A stretch of 23,417 nt of DNA from Candidatus Nanohalobium sp. (lineage in GTDB: Archaea > Nanohalarchaeota > Nanosalinia > Nanosalinales > Nanosalinaceae): assembly GCA_042217555.1 (NCBI GenBank), contig JBDGSL010000052.1, positions 1 to 23,417 on the forward strand, read 5' to 3'. The notes under the pieces were generated by a model. It was not told the origin of the DNA. It ran no database searches and worked only from the letters and a program-made list of their open reading frames with translations. The translations under genes were made by a program, and so were the position numbers. Of this stretch, positions 8,433 to 17,672 are shown in pieces (within the stretch, counting starts at the first letter, position 1; every line of letters starts with the position of its first letter).

Positions 8433-9566
8433 ATGGATTGTGTTCTGGTGCGGTATGGTGAGATTGGGACTAAGTCGGGTCATGTAAGGGGTCAGATGGC
8501 TGCGGTTCTGCGTCAGAGGGTTGCTGACAGGTTGCAGTTTGAAGGTATTGAGTATGGTAAGGTGTCTGATGTTCCTGGCCGTGTTGTTGTCCGTGGCTGT
8601 GATGCTGGGAGGGCTGCACGGGTTCTGGACAGTGTTCCGGGTGTTGCTTCGGTTTCACCTGCTGTAAGGGTTGATGCCGGTATGGAGAGTATCAAGAGTG
8701 CTGCTAAGGGTTTTGAGTACGGTGATACTTTTGGTGTGGATGCGGTCACTGCTTTCACGGATATGTCTTCCCGAAGTATCAAGGAGGAGCTTGGAGCTTA
8801 CGTGGAGGAGTTGAAGGGTTTGGATGTTGACCTGGATGATCCTGATACATGGCTTGAAGTTGAGGTGAGGGATGAGGATGCCTATGTCTTCACTGAACGT
8901 TTTGAGGGTGTAGGTGGTTTGCCTGTTGGTACGCAGGACTGTTACGCTGCGCTTATCAGTGGTGGTATTGATTCGCCGGTTGCTGCCTTCCAGGTTATGA
9001 AGAGAGGAGCGGATATAGTACCTGTGTACTTCTATAACCGGCCTGTATCGGCTGAGGACCACCTGATCCGTTTTGAGGAAGCGGTAAGAGAGTTGAGGAA
9101 GTTTCATCCTGGTAAGGACTGGAGCTACCTGGTTGTGGACATGAAAGAGGTCAACGAGGAGCTTATGAAGGTTGACAAGGGCAGGATGGTGCTTCACAGA
9201 AGGATAATGTTCCGGGTGGCGGAGGAACTGTCTGAAAGCAGGGGTTTGAAAGGGATTGTCACCGGCGAGTCACTGGGTCAGAAGTCAAGTCAGACCTCAC
9301 AGAACCTGAAGATGACTTCTCGGGCTGTTGATCTCCCTGTTATGAGGCCTCTGCTTTCATTTAACAAGGAGGAGATAACAGGGAAGGCCCGTGAGATAGG
9401 GACTTTTGAACTTGCTGAGGTGAACTCTGCCTGCCGGACGATGGCTCCGGAAAGCCCGTCGACAGCGCTGAAAGGTAGCCAGCTTGAAGAACTCAGGAAG
9501 AAGACGGATACTGATGAACTGGTGGAGAAAGCACTGGAAACAGTAGAGGAGAGAAAACTTGACTGA
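8433..9566 (+). CDS. thiI: tRNA 4-thiouridine synthase ThiI (THUMP + PP-loop, no rhodanese domain)
   Basis: VRYGEIGTKS N-terminus, GVGGLPVGTQ, PP-loop LISGGIDSPVA, TGESLGQKSSQT and RPLLSFNKEEI. The true start is probably ATG 8433 (MDCVLV), with TTAAGT about 30 bp upstream; the track's extension from 8352 is T-rich intergenic DNA. Confidence 0.93.
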   Translation: MDCVLVRYGEIGTKSGHVRGQMAAVLRQRVADRLQFEGIEYGKVSDVPGRVVVRGCDAGRAARVLDSVPGVASVSPAVRVDAGMESIKSAAKGFEYGDTFGVDAVTAFTDMSSRSIKEELGAYVEELKGLDVDLDDPDTWLEVEVRDEDAYVFTERFEGVGGLPVGTQDCYAALISGGIDSPVAAFQVMKRGADIVPVYFYNRPVSAEDHLIRFEEAVRELRKFHPGKDWSYLVVDMKEVNEELMKVDKGRMVLHRRIMFRVAEELSESRGLKGIVTGESLGQKSSQTSQNLKMTSRAVDLPVMRPLLSFNKEEITGKAREIGTFELAEVNSACRTMAPESPSTALKGSQLEELRKKTDTDELVEKALETVEERKLD

Positions 9567-9642
9567 GTAAGTTCCGGCTGTTTGAGGAGAACCGAACAGC
9601 AGTCAACCACTTTATAAACGGCTGGAGGCCAAAGAACTTTTC

Positions 9643-10209
9643 ATGAAACGAACCATCTACCTCGCGACGCTTGTACTGCTTACAGGTCTCTCCACTGCCG
9701 TTGTAGGCGCTGACTGTCCTCCAGGACAGCCATGTATAACAGGTGTAAACGGAGATCAGGAAGACGGTAAGACCATAACTAGGAACGGTACTGACTGGCA
9801 GGCAGAGATGACGGTAAAAGAGATCGGTCCTGCAGAAAGCACTGCTGGAAACATATCTAACGCCAGCTACGGAGAGAACTCTGTAAAGTTTCAAGGCAGT
9901 ATAGGCCTGACGAACTCGTGTATGAAACCGGACTTCACAGTGACAGAGAGAAACGGCACCTACATGATGCGGTTAGAAACAGTGAAAACCGGTGGAAAGG
10001 ACACAGCTTGCGCACCGGTCATCGAGAAAGCATCTTACAGCATGAACTTCTCTGCTGAAACACCTTTTACTCTCAACGTGAAACAGGGAAACATCTCTGA
10101 GAGCTTCAGTCGTCCTGACTACCAGACAGGAAGCAGTACGGAGAAGAAAAGTACTGAAACCCGTGGAGTGCTTTCAGATCTGATAAACTGGATTTCAACA
10201 CTCCTCTAA
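9643..10209 (+). CDS. Secreted/surface protein with a signal peptide and four Cys
   Basis: MKRTIYLATLVLLTGLSTAVVGA signal peptide, T/S/N-rich beta-like body with several NxS/T sequons, CPPGQPC plus two more Cys, and an amphipathic C-terminal tail. TTTATAAA lies at about 9611-9618. Confidence 0.8.
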   Translation: MKRTIYLATLVLLTGLSTAVVGADCPPGQPCITGVNGDQEDGKTITRNGTDWQAEMTVKEIGPAESTAGNISNASYGENSVKFQGSIGLTNSCMKPDFTVTERNGTYMMRLETVKTGGKDTACAPVIEKASYSMNFSAETPFTLNVKQGNISESFSRPDYQTGSSTEKKSTETRGVLSDLINWISTLL

Positions 10210-10233
10210 AAAACCCCTTCTCTCCCTTTTTTT
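10208..10233. terminator. Bidirectional oligo-T terminator between convergent genes
   Basis: A-run (oligo-T on the minus strand) and a T7 run on the plus strand flank CCCCTTCTCTCCC between two convergent stop codons. Confidence 0.5.
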
Positions 10234-11432
10234 CACTGGTTTGCGGAGACGATTTCGATAACGTCCCCGTGGTCCAGTTCGTGGTCTGCTCCTATCTGCC
10301 TGTTGTCGCGGCAGTCGATCGCGTGCAGAAAACCGTCACCCAGGTCGCTGTGAATCGTATAGGCAAAATCCTCTGCCGTCGCTCCTTCTGGAACCAGGAA
10401 ACAGTCAGGTAAAATATTTCCATGCTCATCGCCGAGGCCATCAGCACCACCAGGGAATACAGCCATGACACCTAACTCTTCGAAAAGCGCGTCCTCAAGG
10501 GCCTGCTGGACACCGGTTCCTCCGTACTGAGTCATGAACTCTCTGATCTTCTCAAGGCCTTTCTCTTTCTCCTCAGGAAGATCGTCGCTAAGGATCTCAA
10601 AGTCCTCATCCCCAGGATAGTAGTCGACGACATCTTTCTCTGCGGCGTTCTTCAAGGCCTTCTCCGCATGAGCGCTGACAGGTACAAAATCCAGGTGTTC
10701 GTACTCAGGGTCTTCGGTTATTTCCTCCCAGTTCTCCCGGCTCTTCTCCATATCCATCTTGTTAGCCGCGATAATCATCGGCTTGGTATCCTTCCTGATC
10801 TCACGGGCCAGCTCTTCCCTGTCCTCATCCTCCCACGTCTCAGGATCAAGATCAAGGCCTAAACCTAGAATTATCTGTTTAATCTCGTTCTTGTTGATCT
10901 TGAAAGCAGACATCTGCTCCGCCAGCTCTTCCTCCAGCTTGACATCTTTCTGCCTCTTCTTGTTGTCAAAACGTTCAATACCTTTCTCCAGGATCTCAAG
11001 ATACCACATATCAAGCTCTTCCTCAAGGAAATCGATATCCTCCCTCGGATCATGTCCTTCAGTCGGCTCACCTTCAATATCAGTCTCACCAGAGAAATCC
11101 ACCACATGAACAAGTACATCTGCCTCATTCAGATCTGTCAAAAACTTGTTTCCAAGGCCTTTACCCTCGTGAGCACCAGGAATAAGCCCTGCGACATCAA
11201 CCAGTTTTACAGGTACGTAACGAGTGCCGTCGTTGTAGAACCCTACCCGTGGATCAGGAGTCTCACCGAAGTCCTGGGCCGCATCTCTAACCCTGACGTA
11301 GGCCTCGCCCACGCTCGGATCAATAGTTGTGAAAGGATAATTCCCCTCATCCACAGAGTTCATAGTCGCTGCGTTAAAGAAAGTAGATTTTCCTACAGAA
11401 GGCTTACCAACAAGACCGATTTTGTAAGGCAT
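10233..11432 (-). CDS. ychF: Archaeal YchF/Ola1 Obg-family ATPase/GTPase with TGS domain
   Basis: GLVGKPSVGKSTFFNAAT, YPFTTIDP, DVAGLIPGAHEGKGLGNKFL, AANKMD, and C-terminal TGS (AYTIHSDLGDGF). Confidence 0.93.
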   Translation of the reverse strand: MPYKIGLVGKPSVGKSTFFNAATMNSVDEGNYPFTTIDPSVGEAYVRVRDAAQDFGETPDPRVGFYNDGTRYVPVKLVDVAGLIPGAHEGKGLGNKFLTDLNEADVLVHVVDFSGETDIEGEPTEGHDPREDIDFLEEELDMWYLEILEKGIERFDNKKRQKDVKLEEELAEQMSAFKINKNEIKQIILGLGLDLDPETWEDEDREELAREIRKDTKPMIIAANKMDMEKSRENWEEITEDPEYEHLDFVPVSAHAEKALKNAAEKDVVDYYPGDEDFEILSDDLPEEKEKGLEKIREFMTQYGGTGVQQALEDALFEELGVMAVFPGGADGLGDEHGNILPDCFLVPEGATAEDFAYTIHSDLGDGFLHAIDCRDNRQIGADHELDHGDVIEIVSANQ

Positions 11433-11573
11433 GGAATCGTCAGGCAGTGGAAGATTTATTAGGATACTCTGGTTATCTGCCTGAGAGAGGGTGAAAGAAG
11501 GAGAAGGGAGGGGGAAAGGGTCGTGTCTGCTGTGGAGAGGGTTTTATATTAGAACAGTTCCTAAGCAAGTTAT

Positions 11574-11957
11574 ATGGCGTCTTCACAGTCTTCACCTACG
11601 GGCAGCATGAATGTGTCAGTGGTTTTCACAGGTTTTCTACTTGCCTTCGTACCTGCAGTGCTTAAGCTGCCACGCTTTTCACAGATCACAGGTGTAAAGA
11701 TAGCTACATCTACCCTGGCTCTGTTCCTGGTTTACGGCATGTCTACTATAGTGGGAGGAGTATTGAGAGGGCAGGCAAAGTCTCTTGGATACTTTGTAGA
11801 TATATCAACTGTTCTAGGTGCTATACTGTTTATCCTGGGGCCTCTGACAGGATTCATGGACGGAAGCACATGGTTTAATGTCTCTGTAGGTTCTCTGCTG
11901 CTTATATCGCTTCCCTCTACTGCTGCGGTGTGGTATACGAGGGACAGCGCGTACTGA
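11574..11957 (+). CDS. Hypothetical membrane protein (about 4 TM helices)
   Basis: 127-aa hydrophobic ORF with a TTTTATAT TATA box about 26-30 bp upstream. Confidence 0.7.
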   Translation: MASSQSSPTGSMNVSVVFTGFLLAFVPAVLKLPRFSQITGVKIATSTLALFLVYGMSTIVGGVLRGQAKSLGYFVDISTVLGAILFILGPLTGFMDGSTWFNVSVGSLLLISLPSTAAVWYTRDSAY

Positions 11958-12007
11958 GTTCAGAGCTGTAAATCAGTCTTAAAACATTCATAGAACCAGT
12001 TCTTTCC

Positions 12008-12388
12008 ATGAGAAAGCTTAAACTCCCTGAAAGAGAGGAAGAAGGTCCCAGGCTGACTGATACTGATGTCCGTGTCATCGATGAGATAGGTATAGACGGT
12101 GTAAAGGAGCACGCCCGGGAGATGGTTAAAGACAAGCTCAGGGAACAGCCGGAGAACGATGGCTACCAGACACCTAGGGCCGGAAATCCGGTTTACAAAG
12201 CCATGCATGCCTGCAATGCTTCATCCAGAAAAGAGCTCTCACGATTCCACAAGATACCTGCCGGAGGAACCATGACCGAAACCGAGATAAACGCAGTTGT
12301 CAACCTTCTCACACGGTGGATAGTCAGAGAGTACAACTTCTACCAGGAGGAACACAGGGAGAAACAGAAAAGCCTGGCCGAGTTCTGA
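12008..12388 (+). CDS. DUF4186-family protein
   Basis: PENDGYQTPRAGNPVYKAMHA...R..L.RFHKIPAG..MTETEINAVVNLLTRWI matches the family pattern NDGxQTPxxGHPVFxAQHA...RxCLxxWHxIPxG...WI. Confidence 0.8.
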   Translation: MRKLKLPEREEEGPRLTDTDVRVIDEIGIDGVKEHAREMVKDKLREQPENDGYQTPRAGNPVYKAMHACNASSRKELSRFHKIPAGGTMTETEINAVVNLLTRWIVREYNFYQEEHREKQKSLAEF

Positions 12389-12408
12389 TTCTTCCTCCTG
12401 ACTGCAGT

Positions 12409-12825
12409 TCACCTTTTTCCCACTAGTTCTTCTTCAAGTCTTTTCTTCTCTTCAAGGTATTCTACGGCATCTTCAAGGCTTTCAGGTGCTGTAATTTCGT
12501 CGCTATTCAACTGGCTTTCGACTTTCTTGAGTGCGTAAGCTGTTTCCTCCCCTGCATGGGCCGTGTTAATACTGTAGAAGAGCTCATCGGCCACAGCTGT
12601 ATCATCCAACCAAAGGGTTCCGTCTTCAGAAACCGCACCTATCTCCACGCCGTCGACTGATAGAGGCATAGAAGCTATAAACGTTAAAGGTACCTCAAGC
12701 TCTAAAGCAACTTCTCTAGCTACCACAAAATCTCTTACAGAACTGAAAACTATTCTGTCAGAATGGAAACTGCCTTTAATTTTCTCTGCCAGTTTACGAC
12801 CTGGGAACTTTCTATCAGGACTCAT
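12409..12825 (-). CDS. Degenerate, internally shortened phosphoribosyltransferase-like protein
   Basis: The N-terminus (DR..PGRKLA, VAREVALELEVPL, EIGAVSEDG..WLD) matches the small predicted PRTase family, but the VDDG.ATG PRPP-binding segment is absent. Confidence 0.55.
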   Translation of the reverse strand: MSPDRKFPGRKLAEKIKGSFHSDRIVFSSVRDFVVAREVALELEVPLTFIASMPLSVDGVEIGAVSEDGTLWLDDTAVADELFYSINTAHAGEETAYALKKVESQLNSDEITAPESLEDAVEYLEEKKRLEEELVGKR

Positions 12826-12938
12826 GTAACTTGATTCACATTAACGTAATATAATGGAGATTACAGAAGATTATATACAAGCTGGCAGACAGGAAAAAGA
12901 AAAAACCTGCTGGAAAGGCTTCAAATACAAGCAAAAAA

Positions 12939-14237
12939 TCAAATAGACTCTACAAGCTCTCCCACAACCTCATCCCTGTCAATTTTCTCCTCATCCCCGG
13001 AATCCATATCCTTGACAGTCACCTCACCGTTCTCAAGGTCTCTTTCTCCGACGATGAGAACTCTTTTCGCGTTCATGTCGTCGGCGTACCCAAGCTGGGA
13101 ACCGAACCCTCTTCCAGCCAGGTCGGTCTCCACGGATAGGCCTTCCTCACGTAAAGTGGTCGCGTAATCAAGTGCGATGTCTCTCACGGATTCGGAGACC
13201 GTCAGGACGTAGACATCGGTCTCGACATCCTTTAAAGGATACCGGTCTTCCTTCTTCAGCAGTTCGATCGTAGGCGAGTAACCGAACGCAAAACCGACAG
13301 CCGGAACCTCCCGTTTCCCGAAGGTGCCGACGAGTTCGTCGTAACGGCCTCCACCGAACAGCGCTCTCAGCTCTCCCTCGCTGTCGAATGCTTCGAACAC
13401 GAGACCTGTGTAGTACGCCAGGCCTCTGACGATAGAGAGGTCGAACCTGCACATGTCAGCGACGCCGTAGGACTCCAGCGCTTCGCCAAGACTCTCCATC
13501 CTGTCAACAGAATCCTGTACTTCTTCCGGCGCCTTCTCCCTCAGGTCGTCTATCTGTTCGAGTACAGGCCCGGAGATGTCCGTGAGCTCATCCACCTGTT
13601 CCGCTTCTTCTCTTGAAAGACCTCTCTCCTCCAGGTCTTCCAGGAACTCTTCTTGGGAGAGTTTTTCTTTGTCGTCGATGACCTTCATCGATTCCTCGGT
13701 CCTCTCGATGCCGTGGGACTCCAGGATCGACTCGAGAAGTTCACGGTCGTTGATCAAGAACTCCACTCTTTCATCAAGACCCAGTTTCTTGAAGATGGTT
13801 GCTGCGGCCGCGATGATTTCCGCGTCCGCCTCGACGCTTTCAATGCCGAATATGTCGAAGTCTCCCTGCATGAACTCGCGGTCACGGCCTTTCGTGACGT
13901 CCTCGTACCTCCATCTCTTGGAGGTGTCGTACCATTTAATCGGTGTCTTGAGGTCCTTCCTCTTCTGGATCAGTCTCGCTCTTGTAGGCGTCTGCTCTGG
14001 GATCAAAGTGATCTCGTTGTCGCCTTTATCCGTGAAGGCGTACATCTCGTCCGTCACCGAGTCTTCCTCTTTCTCCGTCCACAGCTCCTGTCTCTCGATG
14101 CTCGGAGGATTCAACTGCCTGAAACCGAACTCCTCCGCGGTCTCATCAACCACTTCAATCAGTTTTTTCCATGTAGCCCACTTACTCGGGTACCGGTCGT
14201 ACGTGCCTTTCAAACTCTCCAAGTTAACATCTGTCAT
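12939..14237 (-). CDS. hisS: Histidine--tRNA ligase
   Basis: KGTYD.YP, EMYAFTDKG...TLIPEQT, motif 2 WRYE...GRDREFMQ.D.DIFG, HisA loop IVRGLAYYTGLVFE, GGGRYDEL, PAVGFAFG and an anticodon-binding domain. Confidence 0.96.
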   Translation of the reverse strand: MTDVNLESLKGTYDRYPSKWATWKKLIEVVDETAEEFGFRQLNPPSIERQELWTEKEEDSVTDEMYAFTDKGDNEITLIPEQTPTRARLIQKRKDLKTPIKWYDTSKRWRYEDVTKGRDREFMQGDFDIFGIESVEADAEIIAAAATIFKKLGLDERVEFLINDRELLESILESHGIERTEESMKVIDDKEKLSQEEFLEDLEERGLSREEAEQVDELTDISGPVLEQIDDLREKAPEEVQDSVDRMESLGEALESYGVADMCRFDLSIVRGLAYYTGLVFEAFDSEGELRALFGGGRYDELVGTFGKREVPAVGFAFGYSPTIELLKKEDRYPLKDVETDVYVLTVSESVRDIALDYATTLREEGLSVETDLAGRGFGSQLGYADDMNAKRVLIVGERDLENGEVTVKDMDSGDEEKIDRDEVVGELVESI

Positions 14238-14306
14238 TTTAACTTGCCTCTACTGAAGATTCTTTCCTCTACTTTTTCAAGTGTTGCTGCTTGGAGGAGG
14301 TGGTTT

Positions 14307-15620
14307 TCAGTGTTTAGTGTGCTTTTTTATGATTTTTTTGGCTTTTTCAACTGTTTTGTCTGCTTTGTCTCTGTTTTCTGCTTCTGCTTTTATTCTGATG
14401 ACTGGTGATGATCCTGAGGGCCTGATCAGGACTGAACTGTTTTCTGTGTTGTATTTTACTCCGTCTTTGTCTGATACTGTTTTGTAGCGGTTTTTGATTT
14501 CTTTTTTTGTTTTCTTCATTACTTCTTCTTTGTTTTTGACTTCTAGACTGGTTTTTTCAGTGTGGATTTCGGGGATGTTGTCCAGTAGTGGGTCGATGTC
14601 TGTGACTGTTATCAGGAGTGCGGCGAGTGTGCCTGAGTTGTAGGGGACGAAGTCTGGGAAGCAGTAGTGGCCGTTTGGTTCTCCAGAGAGGGATGCTTTT
14701 TCTTCAAGTGTCTTGTCTATGACGAATGGGTCGCCTACTCGTGTGTAGTGTACTTTTTCGCTGTATTCTTCCAGGGTTTTTGAGCTGTCGATTGATGCGA
14801 CTACTTCTCCGTCGATCATCTGTGTGAAGATGAGGAAGAGTTCGTCGCCGGAAAGCCATTTGCCGTTGTAGTATACGGCTACCCGGTCTGCGTCCATGTC
14901 GGTTGCTATCCCTATTTCGGCGTTTTCCTTCTCTACGCGGAGAGCTGTGTCTTCCAGTATCTCTGGTTTTGGGTTGGGAGGGTTGTAGTACGGCCCGTCT
15001 TCCTCTTTTTCCTCTGCTATGTTCACTGTTTTGAATCCCAGTTGTTCCAGTATTTTGGGGAGGAAGTCTGTGGATGCGCCTCCAAGAGTGTCGACAACTA
15101 TCTTCCTTTCCTCGACTTCTTGAAACCTGTCAACGTAATCTTTTATTTCCTGCAGGTAGTTTTCTCTGCTTTCCGTCAGCTTCCTGGTTGTTCCTTTTCC
15201 CCGGGTGAAATCCTGTTTCCTGAAGTTTTCCTCTATCCTGTTCAGGTCTTTGTTTACGAACCCGTTTCCTTCAGGGTACATGAACTTGAAGCCGTTGAAG
15301 TTGAGGGGCATGTGGGAGGAGGTGACCTGGATTGAGACGCAGTTGTTTTCCATGCCGTTGAAAGCTGTGAAGTCTGTAGGCCCTGTACCTGCGTAAAGAA
15401 CGTTTATACCGGATTTTTTCAGGCCTTCAACCAGTTTTTTCCTGAGTGGTTCAGAACTTTGTTTGTTGTCTTTTCCTACAGTTGCTCTGGTGTTAAACCT
15501 GTCGTCCTCCACAAGCAGTTGTCCTACGGCTCTTCCTATTCTTTCAGCGAACTCTTCGTCCAGTTCTTCAGGGTATCTGCCGCGGACGTCGTAGCGTTTG
15601 AAGATTTTCTCCGGTTTCAT
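14307..15620 (-). CDS. Alpha-D-phosphohexomutase (phosphomannomutase/phosphoglucosamine mutase)
   Basis: IFKRYDVRG, phosphoserine loop TSSHMP..FNGFK, metal site DMDADR, GEPNGH and LIRPSGSSP. Confidence 0.92.
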   Translation of the reverse strand: MKPEKIFKRYDVRGRYPEELDEEFAERIGRAVGQLLVEDDRFNTRATVGKDNKQSSEPLRKKLVEGLKKSGINVLYAGTGPTDFTAFNGMENNCVSIQVTSSHMPLNFNGFKFMYPEGNGFVNKDLNRIEENFRKQDFTRGKGTTRKLTESRENYLQEIKDYVDRFQEVEERKIVVDTLGGASTDFLPKILEQLGFKTVNIAEEKEEDGPYYNPPNPKPEILEDTALRVEKENAEIGIATDMDADRVAVYYNGKWLSGDELFLIFTQMIDGEVVASIDSSKTLEEYSEKVHYTRVGDPFVIDKTLEEKASLSGEPNGHYCFPDFVPYNSGTLAALLITVTDIDPLLDNIPEIHTEKTSLEVKNKEEVMKKTKKEIKNRYKTVSDKDGVKYNTENSSVLIRPSGSSPVIRIKAEAENRDKADKTVEKAKKIIKKHTKH

Positions 15621-15639
15621 CTTTTTTCTGCCTGTTCAA

Positions 15640-16134
15640 TCATCCTTCTATTTTTCTTACCTGTTTTACAATGTCTTCTGCAGTGTGTTTTTCCCTGTTG
15701 AACTTCATTCCTGGAAGTTCTGCGTCTTCTATCTCTTTTTTTCTGTCGTCTACCAGGAACTCTATCCCGTCGACGTCTTTTGATCCTTCCTGTATTATGT
15801 GTACTTCGTTGAAGAGCTGTTTCACCTGTGTTTTTTCCATCTTTTTTTCCTGAAGCTTCTGTTCGCCACGGGTCACCAGGACCAGTCTGTGCTTCGGCTT
15901 CAGTTTTTCCAGTTCTTCTATATCGCTGTAGATAAACTTTTGGGCGTTTTCCGCTGTCCTGTATACTTCTTCAACGTCGATTCCACATGCTTCTGCGTGT
16001 TTTTCCGGAGAGTAGTTTCCGTTCCTGTCGTATACATCTGATTCAACGTGGTGTAGGCCGGTGTGCTTCTTGAGGTACTTGTTGAAACTATCTGTGTCGA
16101 AAAGAACCCGGTCAAAGTCTATACCTATCTTCAC
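15640..16134 (-). CDS. HAD-superfamily hydrolase
   Basis: Motif I IGIDFDRVL, motif II LVTRG, a conserved K and motif IV FLVDDR; GTG start. Confidence 0.8.
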   Translation of the reverse strand: MKIGIDFDRVLFDTDSFNKYLKKHTGLHHVESDVYDRNGNYSPEKHAEACGIDVEEVYRTAENAQKFIYSDIEELEKLKPKHRLVLVTRGEQKLQEKKMEKTQVKQLFNEVHIIQEGSKDVDGIEFLVDDRKKEIEDAELPGMKFNREKHTAEDIVKQVRKIEG

Positions 16135-16166
16135 TGGTTTTCACCAACTGGTTACGCTCAGTTCCC

Positions 16167-16212
16167 GAAGATCAGGAAACTGATCTTCTAGGGCAGAAGA
16201 CCTCTGGTCTTC
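16167..16212. repeat. Tandem intergenic inverted repeats
   Basis: GAAGATCAG-GAAA-CTGATCTTC (16167-16188) and GAAGACC-TCT-GGTCTTC (16196-16212). Confidence 0.7.
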
Positions 16213-16255
16213 AAGACACGCAACAAGCCATGCTGCGCATCGCTTTCATGGTTTT

Positions 16256-17515
16256 TCATTTTTTTCTCACCTGCTCCTGGTCGACGTAGACTGTCTTGCC
16301 TTTCCCGACGTTCTCATGCACTACTGTCCCTGGACCGATCTTCGAGTCGCTTCCGATCTGAATCCCTGGCATGATCGAACAGTTAACACCTATATCGACG
16401 TTTTCTCCAATTATTGATCCGAAGTAAGTTCGTTTGGTGTTTTTTGTGTAGTCTTTGGCTATAAGGGATGATTCTATCTCTGGTCTTTCGTTTTCCTTCC
16501 TGAAATTTCTGTTAGCGACTACTGTTCCTGCGCCTATATGCGTGTCTCTTCCGATCACAGAGTCTCCTATGAATCCGGAATGCATCGAGCTACCTGGCTG
16601 CATAACTGTCGACTTGACCTCTGCGTTAGCTCCAATGACCGAGCTCTTCTCCAGGTCTGTGTGGTCCCTGACCAATGAGTTGTTCCCGACAAACACGTCC
16701 TCTCCGATGTATGCAGGCCCTTTGATAACTGCGTTCTCCATTACCTGTGCATCTTTTTCCACGATTACAGGGCCTTTAATCTCTGCTGAATCCGCTACAA
16801 CCGCGTCCTCACTTACTTCCTGGCCTTCCACACCGCTTAAAAGCTCCTCTACAACCGAGAAAAGATCCCAGGGATACTTCACAGAGTTAGTCTCCTCCTC
16901 AACATGCAGGACGCCGGCCGGTTCATCCTCCATCTGAAGTGACAAAGCATCTTCAAACTGGTACTCCCAGGTCTCAACCTCGTCCAGGTAGTCAAAAAAC
17001 TGTTCACTTAGAAGATACATGCCCACAACCTTCCTGTCACTCGGTGCTTCCTCCGGCTCCGGCTTCTCAACCATGTCAACCGCCTTTCCCTCATCATCCA
17101 GATCCAGGATCCCATACTTCTCAGGGGTGTCAGTTGGAGCAGACACAAAAACAATCTCAGACCCTTCTTCCTCCGCTTTCTCGATCATCGGCCTGAAAAA
17201 CCGGGAGGCCTGTGAACGGTACGGCGTTAAAACCAGAAACTTTCCATCCAGAAGACCCTCCGCCTGTCTCAATGCATGGCCCATACCCTTAGGCTTTTCC
17301 TGAACAACAAAGTGGTCAGCAGAACTGATCCTGTCCTCAATCTCCCTATCCGGACCCTGAACCACTACCACTTCATCCACACCAGCATCCCTCAGTTCCT
17401 CTACAGTATGCTCAATCAACGGCCTGCCTTTCACCTCCGTCAAGGCTTTATGCCGGTTATCACTGACAGGTTTGAACCTGCTCGACTCACCTGCTGCAAG
17501 AATCACTGCTTTCAT
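16256..17515 (-). CDS. glmU: Bifunctional sugar-1-phosphate nucleotidylyltransferase/acetyltransferase (archaeal GlmU-like)
   Basis: MKAVILAAGESSRFKP...K, QEKPKGMGHAL, VEKP, YPWDL, hexapeptide beta-helix repeats and GDSVIG...GAGT..AN. Confidence 0.88.
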   Translation of the reverse strand: MKAVILAAGESSRFKPVSDNRHKALTEVKGRPLIEHTVEELRDAGVDEVVVVQGPDREIEDRISSADHFVVQEKPKGMGHALRQAEGLLDGKFLVLTPYRSQASRFFRPMIEKAEEEGSEIVFVSAPTDTPEKYGILDLDDEGKAVDMVEKPEPEEAPSDRKVVGMYLLSEQFFDYLDEVETWEYQFEDALSLQMEDEPAGVLHVEEETNSVKYPWDLFSVVEELLSGVEGQEVSEDAVVADSAEIKGPVIVEKDAQVMENAVIKGPAYIGEDVFVGNNSLVRDHTDLEKSSVIGANAEVKSTVMQPGSSMHSGFIGDSVIGRDTHIGAGTVVANRNFRKENERPEIESSLIAKDYTKNTKRTYFGSIIGENVDIGVNCSIMPGIQIGSDSKIGPGTVVHENVGKGKTVYVDQEQVRKK

Positions 17516-17672
17516 GTATCATGACGTTCTCTGAACCTTCAAATAACTATGTCAAAGGGCCGAGCAGGGACCTGGTAAGAGGGAAGGTGTTTTGAGCGGG
17601 TTCCGTTACGGTTTTCTTTTAATCAGCGGGTGAAAGGGGTTTTTAGTTTTTTCGCGTTATCAGTGTTTTCAG

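Noticed and set aside
13576..14408. Long plus-strand ORFs (226 and 251 aa) antisense to hisS
   Set aside because: These are shadow ORFs caused by biased codon usage in hisS; they are Ser-rich or implausible peptides with no motifs. The same applies to most 60-180 aa antisense ORFs in the track.
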